The position numbers were made by a program, and so were the translations under genes. Shown in pieces: positions 22,501 through 24,635 of a stretch of 24,635 nucleotides of DNA; position 1 is the stretch's first letter, and the number at the start of each line of letters is the position of its first letter. Location: positions 1 through 24,635 of the forward strand of contig JAQGDQ010001811.1 of NCBI GenBank assembly GCA_030141605.1, given 5' to 3'. The notes below the pieces were generated by a model that worked only from the letters and a program-made list of their open reading frames with translations, was not told the DNA's origin and did not search any database. Origin of the DNA: Tubiluchus corallicola (lineage: Eukaryota > Animalia > Priapulida).

Positions 22501-23040
22501 TCAACAACAATAAACTTGTTTCTGTCATAAGCACCCTTGTACAGGTTGGTACATGATTACTGATCAACAACAATAAACTTGTTTCTGTCATAAGCACCCT
22601 TGTACAGGTTGGTACATGATCCTTTGCTGATTACTGATCAACAACAATAAACTTGTTTCTGTCATAAGCACCCTTGTACAGGTTGGTACATAATCCTTTG
22701 CTGATTACTGATCAACAACAATGTTTTTGTACCGTTTAAGCATGAACTCTATCCTTCGGGATAGCTCTGGTGTGTTTAGCAGAGTTGAAGGGTGCCTTTA
22801 AAAGACATCCGTCAACATCCCGACCAGGCGCAGCGCTGCCTAACTTCACCACTCAGCACTTTAGTTGCGACATTTTGCAGTGACGTGAGTTTTGACGCGG
22901 TGATACTGTTTTACATTTACGTAGGAAAAATCATTCGAAGATGTTTACAAGGTGGACGGTGGGGCGTGGTCGATTACACGTTATGCATCTCGGATGACAT
23001 AAAGGAATTATCGGAAACGGTTCATCTGCTTCAAGATACG
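1258..23040 (+). CDS. Multi-exon gene (15 internal exons; 5' and 3' ends outside the window) encoding a mosaic ectodomain MAM-SRCR-like-TSP1-FReD-like-ILEI-HRM; probable adhesion GPCR
   Basis: Exons 1258-1544, 2751-2847, 3390-3461, 4742-5017, 5354-5589, 7241-7346, 9382-9527, 12063-12244, 13702-13838, 15527-15663, 17598-17811, 19152-19313, 20799-20893, 21714-21822 and 22925-23040 all have AG/GT borders. Phases chain consistently (1,0,1,1,1,0,1,0,2,1,0,1,1,0,1,0), total 2372 nt (2 + 790 codons), and domain motifs continue across junctions. Confidence 0.88.
1539..1935. repeat. 43-bp AGTACT-rich degenerate tandem repeat starting at the exon 1 donor
   Basis: Unit cttgaagtaagtactcaataagtacttaagtcttgagtaagta; the first two copies are exact and later ones decay. 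Confidence 0.93.
2137..2744. repeat. 23-bp minisatellite, about 26 copies, ending just before the exon 2 acceptor
   Basis: Unit cattgttatcttgactgtcgtca. Confidence 0.97.
2751..2847 (+). CDS. Exon 2: MAM domain C-terminus
   Basis: Acceptor tatcaaacag, donor G|gtgagt. AVIKVEFDNVTTVAWVKLDDIQIRHGVCPPLH contains the MAM end motif (I/L)DDI.I..G.C. Its phase-0 start matches exon 1. Not in the ORF track. Confidence 0.88.
3390..3461 (+). CDS. Exon 3: N-terminal part of an SRCR-like domain
   Basis: Acceptor ttattgcag, donor G|gtaatt, phase 1-1, 72 nt. GYRFYNPETGMHDSKGVLQQKRHV resembles the SRCR start 'vRL.gG....eG.vev'. The donor position is less certain. Confidence 0.65.
3508..3625. repeat. Imperfect (CAT/CGT)n microsatellite
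   Basis: Runs of catcatcat interrupted by cgt and tga variants. Confidence 0.95.
3711..4605. repeat. 37/40-bp minisatellite, about 23 copies
   Basis: Unit gttaatttc(ttc)ttcta[c/t]gttcatagcactgca[a/t]tgcatt. Confidence 0.96.
4742..5017 (+). CDS. Exon 4: divergent SRCR-like domain body
   Basis: Acceptor ctttctgctaacgtag, donor G|gtactg. Encodes GDWFESSTVTAWRNLCFTKSELDYFTSVEVCSMVLGTNAV...SWCGEYAVYVDCFATVDDIDGDCLPR. The W..LC, VC..LG and C....V.V.C spacing is SRCR-like. Confidence 0.8.
5354..5589 (+). CDS. Exon 5: thrombospondin type-1 repeat plus start of a fibrinogen-related domain
   Basis: Acceptor ctggtttag, donor CAA|gtaggt. RWGSWSEY...C.C...RYRTCDSPHP.G....GCDG....EAC is a TSP1 repeat; ASSCQEIKQQ matches the FReD-type 'SC.eI' start. 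Confidence 0.9.
5552..7020. repeat. 53-bp minisatellite, about 27-28 copies; the first copy overlaps the last 38 nt of exon 5 and its donor
   Basis: Unit gtgaatatgcttcatcttgtcaagaaatcaagcagcaagtaagtattctttta, with 49- and 52-bp variants. Confidence 0.97.
7241..7346 (+). CDS. Exon 6: fibrinogen-related domain N-terminal segment
   Basis: Acceptor tgttttttttag, donor G|gtatga. FKKGGLPMPSPYEHSSFRVDVTDVGHVDIRCENMQ bridges phase 0 to phase 1 and supplies the Cys expected before GGGWT. Not in the ORF track. Confidence 0.8.
7450..7745. repeat. Two diverged direct copies of a ~85-bp sequence
   Basis: cagttcaagcttgatccattcacg...aaactgtgtgag.gacagtacttt at about 7450-7535 and 7656-7745. Confidence 0.8.
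8028..8426. mobile_element. Putative hAT-type MITE; related fragments at about 2905-3200 and 5076-5290
   Basis: Ends tatgggtgagcat and atgctcatcccta are imperfect inverted repeats. The 8-bp flanks gtgcaggc and gtacatgc match at 6/8. The interior is rich in ttcgaat motifs shared with the other two loci. Confidence 0.6.
8576..9252. mobile_element. Tc1/mariner (pogo/Tigger-like) MITE family A, copy 1
   Basis: TA|cagtaagtctttgcttaacgac ... gtcgttaagcgaggacttaccg|TA: 22-bp TIRs (19/22) with TA on both sides and no transposase ORF. Confidence 0.85.
9382..9527 (+). CDS. Exon 7: GGGWT segment of the fibrinogen-related/intelectin-like domain
   Basis: Acceptor ctttgtgcag, donor CAG|gtgaat. Encodes GGGWTMLLAYTDSSGWDDHALYERWREGEEQMSMLKIGDRIRGQTDYFQ. 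Confidence 0.88.
10847..11965. repeat. 13-bp minisatellite, about 85 copies
   Basis: Unit ttgcac[g/t][t/g]tc[g/t]t[g/c], e.g. ttgcacgttcgtg and ttgcacgttcttc. Confidence 0.98.
12063..12244 (+). CDS. Exon 8: continuation of the FReD-like region
   Basis: Acceptor ttttttttaacag, donor CA|gtaagt, phase 0 to 2. Encodes YKLVGYVDRRQYGAMWEAAGGANSFMYTAKGTRTNRLREFDGDFPYNYFPFYTIDRTTQR. The supplied ORF 12097-12315 is in a different frame. Confidence 0.82.
12458..12909. mobile_element. Putative Tc1/mariner-type MITE with CACTC ends
   Basis: cactcgtatctcggtttgcaggac and gtccggcaaactgagatacgagtg form 24-bp TIRs (22/24). The left flank is TA and the right flank is CA. Confidence 0.75.
13126..13635. repeat. 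Dispersed repeat family B, copy 1 (others at about 15707-16603 and 19654-19860)
   Basis: Shares aaactg..ggtcaaaa.aatct.ctctt.aaaatatt.aaaggaaacat...actagttcttc...gggcactag.gcctgca with the other two loci. No termini recognised. Confidence 0.85.
13702..13838 (+). CDS. Exon 9: probable C-terminal part of the FReD-like region
   Basis: Acceptor gtttatttag, donor A|gtaagt, phase 2 to 1. Encodes (H)FVTTSLDLTGDAPCGTIATTDDNICFVENQRVDKICYFFREQLSE. Confidence 0.82.
13871..15134. mobile_element. MITE family A, copy 2, expanded by internal tandem repeats
   Basis: TA|cggtaagtgttcgcttaacgac ... ttcgttaagcgagacttactg|TA; the interior is homologous to 8576-9252. Confidence 0.82.
14306..14625. repeat. 65-bp tandem repeat, 5 copies, inside MITE A copy 2
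   Basis: Unit ggaagtaacaacgtataataattgcattgtttacattactaatacgtttttagaacagaattac[t/g] starting at 14306, 14371, 14436, 14501 and 14566. Confidence 0.95.
15527..15663 (+). CDS. Exon 10: ILEI/GG-type domain N-terminus
   Basis: Acceptor tacatttcag, donor GAG|gtatga. TMFVEVSAYSLTDDSAFRINGQNVGDALDAGTCGFSLVSIDLRSRE matches 'v.S.......i.ING......G.n.vviD..t.e'. Confidence 0.82.
15707..16603. repeat. Dispersed repeat family B, copy 2, interrupted by a MITE
   Basis: Collinear with 13126-13635 on both sides of the insertion at 16100-16387. Confidence 0.85.
16100..16387. mobile_element. 288-bp Tc1/mariner-type MITE nested in repeat B
   Basis: TA|cagtcgaccctcgttaaaccg ... cggtttaacgagggttgactg|TA (20/21 TIR). 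The homologous empty site near 13510 (agcaatgTActt) has a single TA. Confidence 0.92.
16781..17526. repeat. Near-identical duplicate of 21295-21613, split by 428 bp of extra sequence
   Basis: 16781-17005 matches 21295-21519 (225 bp, about 5 mismatches); 17434-17526 matches 21521-21613 (93 bp, about 2 mismatches). Confidence 0.93.
17598..17811 (+). CDS. Exon 11: ILEI/GG-type domain middle
   Basis: Acceptor aatttcag, donor G|gtaagt. ...VTAFVDGVVDDAALLMIARD...DYLLKSLGATYSEIFGP matches 'l..Fl..i..g.ivlva..D.......l..LGa'. Confidence 0.85.
17860..18345 (-). mobile_element. Possible decayed 3' fragment of a CR1/L2-like LINE ORF2
   Basis: GC-rich island in an AT-rich intron. Minus-strand translation gives GMPTL...RRR, then (frameshifted) LRFPLDYAREEERRF...LAQACALETFKDR, resembling the CR1/L2 ORF2 C-terminus 'a.sl..FK..l', followed by short (CAA)n runs. 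Confidence 0.4.
19152..19313 (+). CDS. Exon 12: ILEI/GG-type domain C-terminus
   Basis: Acceptor ccgttttccag, donor G|gtaaga. Encodes GDFAFVGFKGRRPVNDVWWVEFV...ASIATTVQYIPYPE; AFVG.KG is the ILEI/FAM3 motif. Confidence 0.88.
19900..20729. mobile_element. MITE family A, copy 3 (left end missing) with a ~39-41-bp internal tandem array at about 20130-20660
   Basis: Right end ggggagtcatcaagcgaggacttactg|TA. Unit aaaaaatcgttgttaaagtgaaacatgtgtcattgag[a/t]ga occurs about 13 times. Confidence 0.85.
20799..20893 (+). CDS. Exon 13: Thr/Asp/Pro-rich linker
   Basis: Acceptor tttttttacag, donor TCA|gtaagt, phase 1 to 0. Encodes DLVPPTQEYVTIDGSEDDATTPNDTATETTPS, including an NDT sequon. Confidence 0.82.
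21028..21091 (+). repeat. (TTAGGG)2-TTAGTG-(TTGGG)9 G-rich tract, potential G-quadruplex
   Basis: Read directly from the sequence. Confidence 0.9.
21295..21613. repeat. Contiguous copy of the duplication split at 16781-17526
   Basis: Direct alignment by eye; a more diverged relative lies at about 12585-12780 inside the CACTC MITE. Confidence 0.92.
21714..21822 (+). CDS. Exon 14: HRM (hormone receptor) domain, first half
   Basis: Acceptor tgtttttctag, donor G|gtaagc. PPKWCVLDNTNGMIWPETIEGGIAELGDQYCPADRA matches 'C......G..WP.T..G..A...CP'. Confidence 0.9.
22043..22722. repeat. 63-bp minisatellite, about 10 copies
   Basis: Unit aataaacttgt[g/t]tctgtcataagcacccttgtacaggttggtacatgattactgatcaacaac; one 24-bp internal duplication and 11-bp insertions in the last copies. 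Confidence 0.97.
22925..23040 (+). CDS. Exon 15: HRM domain second half and probable start of the GAIN helical region
   Basis: Acceptor tacatttacgtag, donor ACG|gtaggc. GKIIRRCLQGGRWGVVDYTLCISDDIKELSETVHLLQDT matches 'G...R.C...G.W...D...C.S'. An earlier weak donor (ACG|gttcat) is possible. Confidence 0.88.
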
Positions 23041-23089
23041 GTAGGCGATTTTTCGGAAAATACGTTTGTACAAATGAACAAATTAAGAG

Positions 23090-24503
23090 GAGTCGTGTAC
23101 AAGAAGAGAAGAGGTGTGAATCGTGTACAACAGAAGAGGTGTGTACAACAACAGAAGAGGTGTGTACAACATGAGAAGAGGTATGTACAACAAGTGAAGG
23201 GTGTGAGTCGTGTACAACAAGAGAAGAGGTGTGAATCGTGTACAGCAAGAGAAGAGGTGTGAATCGTGTACAGCAAGAGAAGAGGTGTGAATCGTGTACA
23301 ACAAGAGAAGAGGTGTGTGTCATGTACAGCAAGAGAAGAGGTGTGTGTCTTGTACAAGAGAAGAGGTGTGAGTCGTGTACAACAAGAGAAGAGGTGTGAA
23401 TCGTGTACAACAAGTAAAGGGTGTGAGTCGTGTACAACAAGAGAAGAGGTGTGAATCGTGTACAACAAGTAAAGGGTGTGAGTCGTGTACAACAAGAGAA
23501 GAGGTGTGAATCGTGTACAACAAGAGAAGAGGTGTGAGTCGTGTACAACAAGAGAAGAGGTGTGAGTCTTGTACAACAAGAGAAGAGGTGTGAATCGTGT
23601 ACAACAAGTAAAGGGTGTGAGTCGTGTACAACAAGAGAAGAGGTGTGAGTCGTGTACGACAAGGAAGAGGTGTGAGTCGTGTACAACAAGAGAAGAGGTG
23701 TGAGTCTTGTACAACAAGAGAAGAGGTGTGAATCGTGTACAACAAGAGAAGTGGTGTGAGTCGTGTACAACAAGAGAAGAGGTGTGAGTCTTGTACAACA
23801 AGAGAAGAGGTGTGAGTCGTGTACAACAAGAGAAGAGGTGTGAATCATGTACAACAAGTAAAGGGTGTGAGTCTTGTACAACAAGAGAAGAGGTGTGAAT
23901 CGTTTACAACAAGTAAAGGGTGTGAGTCGTGTACAACAAGAGAAGAGGTGTGAATCGTGTACAGCAAGAGAAGAGGTGTGAGTCGTGTACAACAAGAGAA
24001 GAGGTGTGAATCGTTTACAACAAGTAAAGGGTGTGAGTCGTGTACAACAAGAGAAGAGGTGTGAGTCGTGTACGACAAGGAAGAGGTGTGAGTCGTGTAC
24101 AACAAGAGAAGAGGTGTGAGTCTTGTACAACAAGAGAAGAGGTGTGAGTCGTGTACAACAAGAGAAGAGGTGTGAATCATGTACAACAAGTAAAGGGTGT
24201 GAGTCTTGTACAACAAGAGAAGAGGTGTGAATCGTTTACAACAAGTAAAGGGTGTGAGTCGTGTACAACAAGAGAAGAGGTGTGAGTCGTGTACGACAAG
24301 GAAGAGGTGTGAGTCGTGTACAACAAGAGAAGAGGTGTGAGTCTTGTACAACAAGAGAAGAGGTGTGAGTCGTGTACAACAAGAGAAGAGGTGTGAGTCG
24401 TGTACGACAAGGAAGAGGTGTGAGTCGTGTACGACAAGGAAGAGGTGTGAGTCGTGTACAACAAGAGAAGAGGTGTGAATCAAGTACAACAAGAGAAGAG
24501 GTG
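23090..24503. repeat. 27/28-bp minisatellite, about 50 copies
   Basis: Units tcgtgtacaacaagagaagaggtgtga[g/a], tcgtgtacaacaagtaaagggtgtgag and tcgtgtacgacaaggaagaggtgtgag. Confidence 0.97.
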
Positions 24504-24635
24504 TTTAATACAGTGTTACTACTGATGCAAGTTCTGTATGCAATAAGATGTCATACAAGCGCCCAAGGGTCATCATGGGAGTTTAAATATACGCATTTTA
24601 TACGGTGTTACTGCTGACACAAGCTCTGTATGCAA

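Noticed and set aside
22040-22597. 185-aa minus-strand ORF with a 21-aa repeat
   Set aside because: In-frame 63-bp minisatellite, antisense within an intron, with no unique coding sequence.
22931-24617. ORFs up to 400 aa on the minus strand and the tail of ORF 22792-23262
   Set aside because: Products of the 27/28-bp minisatellite; only 22925-23040 has protein-like content and splice sites.
24505-24635. Two diverged ~40-bp direct repeats (gtgttact.ctga..caag.tctgtatgcaa)
   Set aside because: Truncated by the window end; cannot tell whether this begins another array.

Overview
AT-rich, repeat-dense animal (probably invertebrate) genomic DNA with no prokaryotic features. The window lies inside one large + strand gene. 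I assembled 15 internal GT-AG exons by eye, from 1258 to 23040. Their splice phases all agree, giving 2372 nt and about 790 codons with no stop. The product is a mosaic ectodomain: MAM (partial), divergent SRCR-like, TSP1, non-canonical fibrinogen-related (GGGWT), ILEI/GG, a Thr/Asp-rich linker and a hormone-receptor (HRM) domain. This is best read as the extracellular region of an adhesion-type GPCR whose start and GAIN/7TM lie outside the window. Domain calls come from motif recognition, not HMM searches. The introns hold at least ten unrelated mini/microsatellites; two start at a splice donor, a third probably does, and one ends at an acceptor. They also hold several MITEs (one nested, with its empty site in the window), a near-identical local duplication and decayed LINE-like fragments. 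The longest ORFs in the supplied track are artefacts of stop-free tandem repeats. Repeat boundaries and copy numbers are approximate.
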